A DNA stretch of 64,000 nt, from NCBI RefSeq assembly GCF_002113885.1, contig NW_018407731.1, positions 260,863 to 324,862 of the forward strand, given 5' to 3'. The DNA is from Mizuhopecten yessoensis. Its lineage: Eukaryota. The notes under the pieces were generated by a model. That model saw only the letters and a program-made list of their open reading frames with translations, was not told the origin of the DNA and made no database searches. Within the stretch, counting starts at the first letter, position 1, and each line of letters begins with the position of its first letter. Of the stretch, positions 52,955 through 64,000 are shown in pieces. The position numbers were made by a program, and so were the translations under genes.

Positions 52955-53886
52955 TGGAGACATGATCTGTGTCACACATGGTGATGACAGGAAAAATCAT
53001 AATGAACCACATGTGGTGACGGGAGAACCACATACGATGATGAGGGACATCATACTGAGTGCCACATGTGGTGACAGAAGACATCATGATGAACCACATG
53101 TGGTGATGGGAGACATGATGAAAACCACATGATGTGGAAAGACATCTTGATGAGAACCACATGTGCCCATGAGAACCACATGTGCCCATGAGAACCACAT
53201 GGTGACAGATGACATGTTGAGAACCACATGTGATAATGGGAGACATCATGGTGAGTGCCACATGTGGTGACAGGATACATGATAACGCCATCATTAGGAG
53301 AACCAAATGTGGTGAGGGGAAACTTGATAAAAACCACATTTGGTGACAGGAGACATCTTGATGAGAGCCACATGTGGTGATGAGAGACATTATCAGAACA
53401 ACATGTGGTGACAGGAGACATCTTGATGAGAGCCACATGTGGTGATGGGAGACATTATCAGAACAACATGTGGTGACAGGAGACATCTTGATGAGAGCCA
53501 CATGTGGTGACAGGAGCCATCTTTATGAGAGCCACATGTGGTGACAGGAGACATCTTGATGAGAGCCACATGTGGTGACAGGAGACATCTTGATGAGAGC
53601 CACATGTGGTGACAGGAGACATCTTGATGAGAGCCACATGTGGTGACAGGAGACATCTTGATGAGAGCCACATGTGGTGACAGGAGACATCTTGATGAGA
53701 GCCACATGTGGTGACAGGAGACATCTTGATGAGAGCCACATGTGGTGACAGGAGACATCTTGATGAGAGCCACATGTGGTGACAGGAGACATCTTGATGA
53801 GAGCCACATGTGGTGATGGGAGACATTATCAGAACAACATGTGGTGACAGGAGACATCTTGATAAGAATCACATGTGGTGACAGGA
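52955..53886. repeat. 34-bp minisatellite (~27 units) with the palindrome CCACATGTGG
   Basis: GGAGACATCTTGATGAGAGCCACATGTGGTGACA; degenerate on the left, homogeneous on the right. Confidence 0.95.
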
Positions 53887-55156
53887 AATTCTTACCTTTC
53901 TTGAGCACCTAGATTTACCTGGGGTTTTATTTTAGGGGGGGGGGGGGGGGTTGGCATAAATCTTTTTGTGTACATAATGCTCATGAATTACTGTAATTGT
54001 CTTTGTCAATGGGCCAGGTGAGCTTATGCTGTACTCCGGCGTCTGTGTCAAGTTTTTTCTTTTGAATGACTTCTGAAAAACTGGAGGACCTAGGGTCATG
54101 ATCTTTGGGATGAGGGTGCTATATAAAGTTTCCTCATTAAAATTATCTTGACCTAGTTTCAAGGACACATGGGTCAAATATGTTAAAAACTTAAAACAAC
54201 AATATCCTAAGAACCATTTTGACTAGTCATAATCCTTGGGTATGTTATGCAGACAAGCTCACTGCTGTGTGAATCGTTTTCTTAATTACAGTGATGAGGT
54301 CAAAGATCAACTTTAAGTGCTAGCCATAGTCAAAGGTTAACGTAGGTTAATAGCTTTAAAATTCAAATTTCAAATTTCAAACAACAATATCTTAAGAAGC
54401 GTTTAAGAGATGTTAAAATGTCTTGTGTTCTAGTTACCAAATTTGGTCTGAAGTTACCTATGTCAGTTTCATGAAACAAAAGAAACAGGTGAGCGATACT
54501 ACAGGCCCTCTGGACCTCCTTGTTTTGTTCACTCTTAGTTCTGTCATTGTGTATGTGTTGACCGTACAGTAGAGTTTTTTCAGTTGGTAAAAATCTAATG
54601 TCTGTCAAGGGTTAAGATTCAATCGCCTGCAGTGCAGCAACCAAGTAGCTTTAATTGCATGGTTGTTGGGTTCTAATGTCTCTTTAGAGTTGGAATTCAG
54701 ACACCTATGATGGCCAGGTAACTAAGTTTCTAAAATGTGGAATAGAATTATAAACCTTATTTAATTTACAACAATTATGAAACAAATTATTGTAACTTAC
54801 ATTAACCACTCGATCTTGTTGGCTTGGATGATAGTGTGCAATATCTGTCTAGAGTTTGAGATCTATCTCCAAGTAGCTCAGTTGCTTCAAGAGTATGACA
54901 TCGAACAGCTCATGTTCAATTACCAATGACCTAAGGTAGCATAGTTGGTTTGAGCAAGTAATATATGTCCATTGTTCGAGTTCAAATTCCAATATACATT
55001 GCTTAAAGTGTCTGCATAGATTTTAAAGGCCCTGGAGCCAGGCCTTTCGACTAAAATACAGTTAGGAAATGCAGAATATAAACTGTTCAAACAGTTCATG
55101 TACAACGATGGTTAGGCGGTACATTTTTTGCCAAGAGATGTTATATAAACTTGAAA

Positions 55157-56283
55157 AACAAGAGGCCCAGAAGGCCTATATCGCTCACCTGAATATTTAA
55201 GCAGTCACAGCAAAATATTCTCATTAAATACTATATTGCACTACAAATATTTCACTCGCAAACTTTGTCGGCTCAATCTGTTGAAACTACCAGCCAAATA
55301 TTATTATAAGATTCTATGCTTTTTGGTTCTTCTTCTGAAGTTGTTTGACATATTTTCTCCTTTGACCTTGTAAGTAAGTCAATGTCATTTTCCTTCTCAT
55401 ACTTTGTTAGCTCTATCCCAAGAAGCTACCAGCCAAATCTTATGAATCCATTCCTTTTGGTTCTTCAGAACAAATCCTTTGAAATGTTGTTGACCTCTGT
55501 GGCCTTTAAAGTAGGTTGAGGTCATTTTCATTTGCAAACTTTGGTTAGCTCTATCCCAGGCAGCCACCCGCCAAATATCATAATTTTATACCTTTCGATA
55601 ATTCAGAAGAAGTCGTTTGATGTTTTTGACATATTTCACACCTGTGACATTGTAGGTCAAGTAGGTCAAGGTCATTTTCATTCTCAAACTTTGTCGGGCT
55701 CTATCTCAGGAAGACAACAGCCAAATATGAAGGTTCTATAACTTTTAGTTCTTCAGAAGAAGTCGTTTAAAGAGTTTAAACTATTTGACCGCTGTGACCT
55801 TGAAAGTAAGTCAAGGTCATTTTTAGTCTCAAACTTTGTTGGACTCTATCCCAGGAAGCCACCAGGCATATATAAAGATTCCATACCTTTCAGTTCTTCA
55901 GAAGAAGTCGTTTGAAGAGTTTGACATATTTAACCCCTGTGACCTTGAAAGTAGGTCAGGGTCATTTTCATTCTCAAACTTTGTATGGCTCTATCCCAGG
56001 AAGCCACCAGCCAAATATGAAGATTCTATACCTTTCAGTTCTTCAGAAGAAGTTGTTTGAAGAGTTTGACATACTTAACCCCTGTGACCTTGAAAGTAGA
56101 TCAAGGTCATTTTCGTTTTCAAACTTTGTCGGGCTCCTACCAACGAAGCTTTCAGTTAAATATCATGGCTCTATGCCTGTTTGTTATTCAAAAGAAGTTG
56201 TTTAAAGGAAAAGTTGACGGACGACTACGGACGATGCACCATGACATAAGCTCACTTACCCTTCGGGCAGGTGAGCAAATAAA
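55157..56283 (+). mobile_element. HINE/pearl-like element with ~147-bp internal units
   Basis: AACAAGAGGCCCAGAAGGCCTATATCGCTCACCTG start; GACGGACGAC microsatellite; 3' hairpin AGCTCACTTACCCTTCGGGCAGGTGAGC. Confidence 0.85.
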
Positions 56284-56564
56284 AACAGAAGGCTTCTCTG
56301 GGTAGTATGCATAGTTAAAAATATCATTTTATTATCACAACTCATTGTTATGGTGTACAAAAGGAAAGACTGTACAAGCAAATGATTATCAAACATACAA
56401 GCCCCGCATCACCTAACTGGAATGAATTAGAATGTCAATGTAATCCTCAATGGTTACCTAATAATGTTCCACTGAAGTAACTCTTGTATTCACTCCTACT
56501 TCCAGGACCTCACAGTTCAAATAGCTGTGTAGCGGGCACAGTGACAGTAACACATTATAACACA

Positions 56565-59399
56565 CTATTTCTGAGGATTGTTAATGCTGTCAAAGGCCTT
56601 GAATTCATACACATATACCTTGTTGCCCTTTGTGACACTGGTCACCCTCGCGGTGTCCTTTAACTCCTCCAGACATGTAGCAATGACTTGTTCAGCATCA
56701 GCCTTCACTTTCTGCCAAAAACAACACAATTAATATTCAGAAATGAAACAATTACAGTTATCTTAACTTATATTATTCACTTTTGTTGGCCTGGATGTTA
56801 GTGTGCGGGGGTTTTGATGTGGGAGGAGACCAGAGTACAGGAGAAAACCAAAATGGTTGGCAGGTGACCCCGTATCTTTTCACGTCCAATTGTATGAAAC
56901 TCCAAATTAACATATACAGTAGAACCCACTTATTATGATATCAGTTATTATGATATATCGCTTATTATATTTTTCCCATGTACTGATTTTTTCCTTCTTT
57001 ACTAGTAACTAAGCAAAAAAAAATGTTCATAATGATATGGTCAAAGGTGGGACCCCGCTTATTATGACATTTTTTTCTGCCGTGAATGGATTTTAATCTG
57101 TATTCAAATAATTGCAATTAAATTGAAGATAGGTGTACAATTCATTGAAGATAGGTCCAATTTAATAAAGGAAAGGTACAATTGAATTGAACCTATGTAT
57201 CTTTAATTAATTGTACCATTCTTCAATTATTTGAAGATAGGTACAATTAATTGAATATATGTTAATTTGGCGTTCCATGCTATTGTGGAATCAAACTGTG
57301 GGTGTCTTGGAGCTACCTTACAACCCTCAATAGGATAGTGGAAGATGTGCTGTTTCAGCAGAATATATACAAGTGCTCATAATTTATATACAGTTGTGTG
57401 AGCGCACAACGCACCAAACACAGGGTCCATATATACATTGTGCACTAATCTAATCGGTACAATTGTTTAATGGACATAACGGAATGAAAATAATCTGGAA
57501 GGCTCATATAAAATAAGATACCTTGTATATATTATTTTTTTCATCGCAATAATTACGATGGATATGTTCAATTTTACAATACGTGTTACCCAGTATTACA
57601 ATGGGTTTGGCTCCAATGCCACAGAACAGGTAAACAACATTTTGATGAGTGCCTTGAGTTTTACTTTGCCTGTGCCTAACAGAGAGCTGATATGTGATAG
57701 TACTGAATGATTTTTCACTCATACACCACACTTCAGAAGATATTAAACAGTCAAGAATCTTTTTTTTGACTGGTACAATGCAGACTTGATGTTGAGTGCT
57801 TAGCTGTTTCTTGATTGGTTCATGAAACATTTTCTGCGATATACAAACTTGGAATTAGATATATGAAAGAAAGGTGCCCTGTGCCATCTGGTATGTTCAT
57901 GTTATGATCCATATCCCACTTTACTGTGTTTTTCCTACATGCAGTAACCTCCCCTTAACTTCCATTTAGATATATCTGTAGAACAGTTGGGCCAGCACAC
58001 TTCCTTGGACCAGGTAGCTTAATCTGTTACAGCAATAGTTAAGCAACCTGAAGTTCAGGGTTCGAATCTAGATCTAATTACCCCACACCGTTTCGTTTTT
58101 ACATTCAGATCATATCTTATTTATTTCAACTTAATCGTTTCTCATATTAGTCCCGCAAGGTATGGTTTTCTTTTCAGAAATGATGAATAAAATCATACTA
58201 GTCATCTAGTCATTCAAGAACAAGAGCCCTAATGGGCCTGCATCGCTCAGATCATATCTTATTTATTTGATAATTTCAACTTAATCATTTCTCATGTTAT
58301 TCCTGCAAGGAATGGTTTTCTTTTTCTGAAATGATGGATCAAATATATAGTCATTCGAGAACAAGAGGCCTAATGGGCCTGCACTGCTCACCTGGTACTA
58401 ATCTCACACTTGTAACCTTAAAAGTGGACCAAATTCATTTCTAGTACTATTTACAGTTTGAGGACTGGCTCCTGACAACTTTTCAGCCTGAGGGTATTAG
58501 GTTCTGATTTGTTCAAACTGGAATCACCATACTTAGTCTTACACATTGCATTTGCCAACTATTTGAAATTCAAATTACCATACTTTTATAACTATTTGTT
58601 ATAATACGCTTTTGGCAAAAATTTACTTAACCTATGTTCTATTTATGATGGTAAAGGTTACACCATTTGGCAGACTATTAAAATCATCAGGCTTTTAATT
58701 CTAAATTTTAAAATAAAATAATTAGATGGACATCTGATGAAGTATGAGGGAATTGTCATGAGAGCATTAATTAGTGACCACCAATATACATCATGTACTT
58801 ACCCCTTCCATGGAGTGCTGTCTGACTGGCTTCTTAGAATATCCTTGTGAAGACAACACTAGTTTCACACGAGACCCTTTAAGGAGATTCCTTTTCATAA
58901 GCTTTAGTTTCAGTGTAAGGTCTCTATCATGAATGTTAACACTAATATTATATTCTTTAAATTTCTCTCTGTGCTGATCTTTATCTTTTAAAATTGCTTT
59001 TTTTATATCAACTTCTGATAAAAGTTTGTATTCATCAACATGCGCCTCTTGTAACCTCTCTTTCCGAACATGAAACAATTTCATTCCTTCCTTTTGTGCC
59101 ATGATATGTGCCCTTTTTAGTGTCATTTTCTGTACAAGTTCGTTATTAGAATCTAGAATGTGCACCATTTTTGAATCTGGATCTGTTGAGAAAGAACGAA
59201 CTGGTCTCAAGTTCAGACAACAGACCTTCTGTTGAGAATTGAAACACACTACAGACACACATCGTGTCCACTGGGGTGTACATTGTGCAGCACAAGTCTT
59301 ATGTAGTCCAAGTTTCCTTTGTAAATGGATACCTCTGGAAATTATAGAACGCAGTTGGCAAAAATTTTGCAGTCTGCAAATAGATGACAAAGGAATCAT
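56565..59399 (-). CDS. MTIF3: Mitochondrial translation initiation factor IF-3; coding exons 59399-58803 and 56711-56565 (247 aa)
   Basis: An Arg/Ser/Leu-rich presequence precedes the IF3 N-domain (VHILDSNNELVQKMTLKRAHIMAQKEGMKLFHV...YKL) and C-domain (KEYNISVNIHDRDLTLKLKLMKRNLLKGSRVKLVL). The intron is phase 0 (GTAAGT...GGCAG). A strong acceptor at 59446-59447 implies an upstream 5'UTR exon. Confidence 0.85.
57977..58103 (+). mobile_element. Putative degenerate solo LTR of a further tRNA-TRIM family
   Basis: TGTAGAAC...GTTTTTACA ends enclose GACCAGGTAGCTTAATCTG (A-box-like) and GGGTTCGAATC (B-box). No TSD match. Confidence 0.4.
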
Positions 59400-61281
59400 C
59401 TTGGCTTCTTGGTCCCAAACTCATTAATGCTCGGAGACACAGCTTCTAAAAAGAAAAGAAAGAAGATATTGACATTTAACATGTACAGGTACATGTAGAT
59501 CAAAAGACTTTTTCATACTATTCTGTGCCTTTACACAACAGAGAAATTCCCTAATATATTATCAATAGATAATTATTTTTTTCTCTAACATGATGTGTAA
59601 AAATAATGTCAAAACAAATTATATAGTTACACTAGCCAATGCAAATGACAATAACCTAGTCGCTCAAAACTGCAAATTAAACGCATTCTGAATTCCCTCC
59701 AGTATTTTAGGAAATATATATGTTGCTTTTCTATTGTAACAAAATGGTCTGATTATTATTGTGTAGGTAATTAATGAAAAAGTATAGAAACATTTATGTA
59801 TTGTAAAGTATAAAGTATTATTAGAGAGCAGCACTTTGGTCAAAAGTTCAAATCCTATAATCCGTCTAAAGCTGTGCCTTGGTTGACACAGACTGTTGCA
59901 GAGGTAGATAGTCCAGGCAAGCACATCCATGGCAGTTACAATGTAGGGGAGCGGCCACAGGGTTAAAATTAGAGATAACTATAGAAAATAAGACGGGATC
60001 TCTCTCAGAGATAGAGAGAGAGTGAGAGTACTCCAAGATAGGGCTATGGTCTCTGACTGTTATGGCCACAATTTGAAGTTAATTAACAAGAAGTCAACAA
60101 TGAGTTGTTCAGTGTGCTATATAATACTATGTTAGACCGAGTCACAATAGATTGAATTTTATTTCGACTCAGGAGCCCATCGGGTAAAATACAGATAAGA
60201 AAAAGGTAAAAAGGCTGTTTCCTATCTGCGTCATTGCATTTTTTCCGGCACTGAAGTAAACTATATAGATGCAGGGTAAGCTACTATAGGTTCTTGTGTG
60301 TTCAGGATCTGTGTGGAAGGCCCAAGTAGTATAGCAGAAATAGGACTGGATAAATTACCTGCCACCATACAGACCTACTGTAGGTCCTGTTGGTAAAAAC
60401 ATATGTTTATGCGTTTAAGAGTCCAAATTGCAAATATTGTTAATTAGACCATGCCAAATCAGAACAAAATTCCTTTGACCTAAATTAGAAAAGAAGTCTT
60501 CAAAAGGTTAACCCCCTATACTAGTATTTCCCCTTTTTGGCCCTGCCTTATGCTTGAGTACTAATATTGTTGATGTGTGAAAGCTAAAGGAATATCAAGG
60601 AAACCAGCCGTATCCATCTCTGTGTTTCCTGCTGTACCCCAAAGTGGGAGAACTTTTCAATATACACCTTAGCGGCATGTTGGTAGGTCAAGGTCATTAA
60701 CTTGAGGAAACTTTATGCTGTATATTCTATCCAACCATGCCACTGGTCAAATACTATCACCCTGGACCTACTAGTAATGTTGAAGGAGTTGTTTCAAGGT
60801 TCTTTTAACACATTTGACCCTTGTGATCATGAAGTAATATTATGTCAAGGTCATTTATTAGAGGAAATGATATAACACTCCATCTCAGATACCTTACTGT
60901 CCAAATATCACAGGTTTTCCAGTTCTTAAAAAGAAATCATTCAAAGCAAAAGGTTGGCAGATGGTGAACAAATAACACACCATACCATAAGCTCACTGCA
61001 GGCACTTTGAGAGCTAAAAATGACCAAACATCTTCTCATAAAGAACCAAAATACCTTAAGTCATTGTATCAGCCAATCACTTGCTGAGAAAAATCAAACA
61101 TAATTTGCTCAGGTTCTGCAATATTTTCTTTTTTTTCCGAGATCAGCAAAGGAGCTATTTGCAATTGGTACTGTACCATTAACAGCACAACTCTGAACCT
61201 AGCTGTAGAACCAGGTGGGGATAATGAATGTATAGATAAACAAACTACATGAATGTTGCATTTATTGCCATCTTGGATTAG

Positions 61282-61410
61282 TGTAGCGGAACTGGACTGG
61301 ATCGATCTTCAGCGACCAGATAGCTCAACTGGTAGAGCACCTGTCTAAGAGTTCGGAAGGTCCGGGGTTCGAACCCCGGTCTGGCCGTGCACTTTTCCTC
61401 TCCTGGTTCA
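61282..61410 (+). mobile_element. Solo LTR of family B tRNA-TRIM
   Basis: TGTAGCGGAACTGG...GACCAGATAGCTCAACTGGTAGAGC...GGTTCGAACCCCGGTCTGGCC...CCTGGTTCA; flanks TTAG/TTGG (3 of 4 match). Confidence 0.82.
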
Positions 61411-61425
61411 TTGGTTCATTGCAGG

Positions 61426-61828
61426 TTTGGCAGGGTTCAATTGTACATAGGATTAAGGTCGCCGTCTAGCTTCGAGCTAGAGGGAATTTCCCTTTAGCTC
61501 AGTGGTAAAGCGTCCGACTAGGAACCTGGAGATTGAGGGTTTGATCCCCGTTGGAAGCACACTATTCTCTTTCCTGTTACAAATGGTGTCTGTGGCCTGC
61601 TCTGTGGTGACAGGGAGTTAGAACCTGGGTTGTGGTGATTGAGGGCGAACACATTTAAAAAGGGGGGAGTAGTGTGGCAGAGTTCAATTGTACATAGGAT
61701 TAAGGTCGCCGTCTAGCTTCGAGCTAGAGGGAATTTCCCCTTAGCTCAGTGGTAGAGCGTCCAACTAGGAACCTGGAGATCGAGAGTTCGATCCCCGGTG
61801 GAAACACACTATTCCCTTTCCTGTTACA
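61426..61828 (+). mobile_element. Complete TRIM (miniature non-autonomous LTR retrotransposon) with tRNA-like sequence in each LTR, family A
   Basis: 156-bp LTRs at 61426-61581 and 61673-61828 (T[G/T]TGGCAG...CTGTTACA; 11 differences). PBS-like TGGTGTC at 61584, PPT AAAAAGGGGGGAG at 61657-61669, TSD CAGG at 61422-61425 and 61829-61832. A-box TAGCTCAGTGG and B-box GTTCGATCC lie inside the LTR. Confidence 0.93.
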
Positions 61829-62242
61829 CAGGTAACACCGTCGTAAGCGTCTAGTCGCTTCTTGAGGTGCTTCTTAATACTGTCCACTTCACTTCAGGTT
61901 GCATTTGTAGGCATTTGAAAAAGACATTTTTCTCAAAAACTAGTGAAAATGATTGACATGTGCAGTGGTTGGTAACAAAAGTTGCATCCTAATTCAATAT
62001 AAAATAAGAGTATTCATTTATAAAAAAAGACTGACAGGCCTGTATAGATCACAAATCTCAAAACAAAAAAAAACAAAAAAAATATTTAGTATGAATACAC
62101 ACATTGTGGTTAAGTTTTTACAGACCTTTCAATGAGCTGTACATGGAAGTATAGATAATAAAAGGTTGCACGAGTTAAAAAATACTGAATTTAGATTGGA
62201 CTAATTTTATTGATGCCGGAAGTCTGTATGTATTACCCCAGC

Positions 62243-62413
62243 CACAGGGGCATGGATCGCTTTACTTATAATATTAAAAAATAGGGGTCTCCTATACTAA
62301 TATATACATTAGTAAAGGAGACCCCTATTTTTTAATATAATAAGTAAAGCGGTATATTATATAGGAGACCCCTATTTTTTTAAATTATAAGTAAAGCGAT
62401 CCATGCCCCTGTG
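62243..62413. mobile_element. 171-bp fold-back MITE with 8-bp TSD (hAT or P-like)
   Basis: ~50-bp TIRs CACAGGGGCATGGATCGCTTTACTTATAAT...; TSD ACCCCAGC at 62235-62242 and 62414-62421; part of the right arm is duplicated internally. Confidence 0.88.
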
Positions 62414-62949
62414 ACCCCAGCTAGTTAGTAGAAGCTGGTCTCAAACTTGTTGGGGTGATTTTTCCAGTGTTTATTTAACCTGGTCTTAAAAGAAAACAGA
62501 GATGGGGCATTTATAAATAATTACTGCACTTGATCAGAGAAACCATTCCAGTTATTTACAAGTCTTAATTGATTTATTGCACATAATAATCTAATATCAT
62601 AATTTGCCATAAAATGTGTGTTTATGTTTATAGCATATCTACTGTGTCATTTTGTTGTATATTACAGCAAATATTAAAAAATAAAACTATAAATAGCTGC
62701 AATAACCAGATAGGAGAAGATGTCACAAGTTACTTTCTGTTTGGGCCGAAGTTGATACAATTGGTTTGTCAGGTCATTTATCAACAGTTACAGAATACAT
62801 GAAATAAAGGACGACACACAGCAGATCTGTCATATGGATGTATGAAGAAATAATATCAAATATGTCTAGCAGGCGAAGTCTGATGTGTCTCACCTTCACG
62901 GAGTAATGGGCCCTTTATGCCTATTTTTGTAGTTTTGTCCCTTAACTTA

Positions 62950-63146
62950 CTGACCACAGTTTCGTACACACTCGATGTACTTTATTTCGGAATATTTTGT
63001 ATTCCATATTCCGACTGGTAGGGTTGGTGTATTGAAAATAATATCACTGATTGGTGTAATCTGATAATTTATTATTTTGATGAGTAATAACTCTTTTGCT
63101 GATCTTCGAAAAAGCGAAACTGTTACACCGGCATTTATAAATAAAA
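62950..63146. promoter_or_regulatory. Probable bidirectional promoter of MTIF3 and FIP1L1
   Basis: Minus-strand donors GTGAGA (62893) and GTAAGT (62950) could end an MTIF3 5'UTR exon. CTGATTGG lies at about 63047 and the FIP1L1 ATG at 63147. Confidence 0.5.
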
Positions 63147-63213
63147 ATGGCTGCGGTTGAAGCACCAGCCGCGCCAGCCGTAACAGAAGATGATGAAGCC
63201 TGGCTCTATGGAG
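63147..63213 (+). CDS. FIP1L1: First coding exon of pre-mRNA 3'-end processing factor FIP1 (gene continues beyond the window)
   Basis: AAAATGGCT start context; translation MAAVEAPAAPAVTEDDEAWLYG|G with GT at 63214. The acidic ...WLYG motif at the end of exon 1 is characteristic of FIP1 proteins. Only 22 codons are visible. Confidence 0.75.
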
Positions 63214-64000
63214 GTAGCGTGAATGTGGACATGTTGTTGTACTTAAATATATTATTATATGTGATCTTAAATACTTAAATGAGTACTTATTCCATGTCTT
63301 ATTTATTCGATAGTTACACATGTTGGTCGACAATCGTATCACAATCGTGCTTGTCCGTAAAGCTTGTGTACAGTAGACAGGAGTCTGACGTTCTTCCTCT
63401 TCTTAGCTGTACAGGGGTGTTTAGGTGTCAGGTCATTTCGATAACAAGTCGTTTCGGGACTTTTTTCGGGTCGTTTCGGGACATGTCAAAAGTAGTTTCG
63501 TTTTTTTTCATTTTTTTCCCATTGTCTTTTTTCTTTAAACATATTTTAATGTCAACTAAATTAAGACAATCGATTGGATAAATATTATTACAACTTATAA
63601 TAGTCATCTCCCTTCATACATTTACCATTACATGATTTTGATAACACATGAATAAATATATATAATATTATCACCGACACAAATACACAACATTATGAAC
63701 ATAGAAACATCGTTCAAACTATATTGGTGGATTTGATGAATTGATTCACATGTCTAAAATATATTCTGCGTGTATCACGTTTTTACTTTCATGAAGTTTA
63801 ATTTCAATATAGCAAAAATAAAATGCTTAATTAAAACATTGTTAGAATCAGTGTTAACTCATTTGTCTCTTAATGTCAATAACAATTATAACGGAGAATA
63901 AAGTGAATTGAAAACATATTATTACAATTTCAAACAAGAAATTAACCTATCATTAATGAAAGAAATTGATGTTGAATATCATAAGTTCCTCTAGATCTGT

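Noticed and set aside
52950-53908. His/Cys-rich ORFs
   Set aside because: Frame-cycling translations of the 34-bp array; no splice or homology support.
56917-57280. Mariner-like MITE start TA|CAGTAGAACCC
   Set aside because: No matching right TIR could be located, so boundaries are unsupported.
61314-61387. Functional tRNA genes (also at about 32859, 5700, 50900, 61487, 61734)
   Set aside because: Anticodon arms differ between copies and pair poorly, stems have mismatches, and every copy is embedded in conserved TG...CA LTR flanks with exact or near TSDs. They are transposon-borne tRNA-like cassettes.

Overview
AT-rich animal genomic DNA, probably a bivalve mollusc (inferred from the repeat families and protein sequences). 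I reconstructed four complete spliced genes by hand with GT-AG junctions and consistent phases: MED7 (+, 2 coding exons, 222 aa), ANKLE2/LEM4 (-, 11 exons, 1133 aa), a voltage-sensing phosphatase VSP/TPTE (+, 14 exons, 543 aa) and mitochondrial IF3 (-, 2 coding exons, 247 aa). The first coding exon of FIP1L1 (+) lies at the right end. ANKLE2/VSP and MTIF3/FIP1L1 are head-to-head, and MED7 may also have a divergent partner. Introns and intergenic DNA contain many minisatellites, Helentron-associated (HINE/pearl-like) elements, MITEs with identifiable TSDs, V-SINEs and an RTE LINE remnant. The main finding is a set of miniature non-autonomous LTR retrotransposons (TRIMs) whose LTRs each contain a tRNA-like Pol III cassette. 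There are two families, each with a two-LTR element (PBS-like TGG, PPT, 4-bp TSD) and solo LTRs, and they share internal motifs. A second theme is tandem arrays grown from exon/intron junctions that multiply splice sites: about 50 in-frame 33-bp units at an ANKLE2 donor, and a 43-bp array in VSP whose expanded variant has lost the donor. A degenerate hammerhead-ribozyme-like motif is also present. All calls come from reading the sequence by eye; no searches were run.
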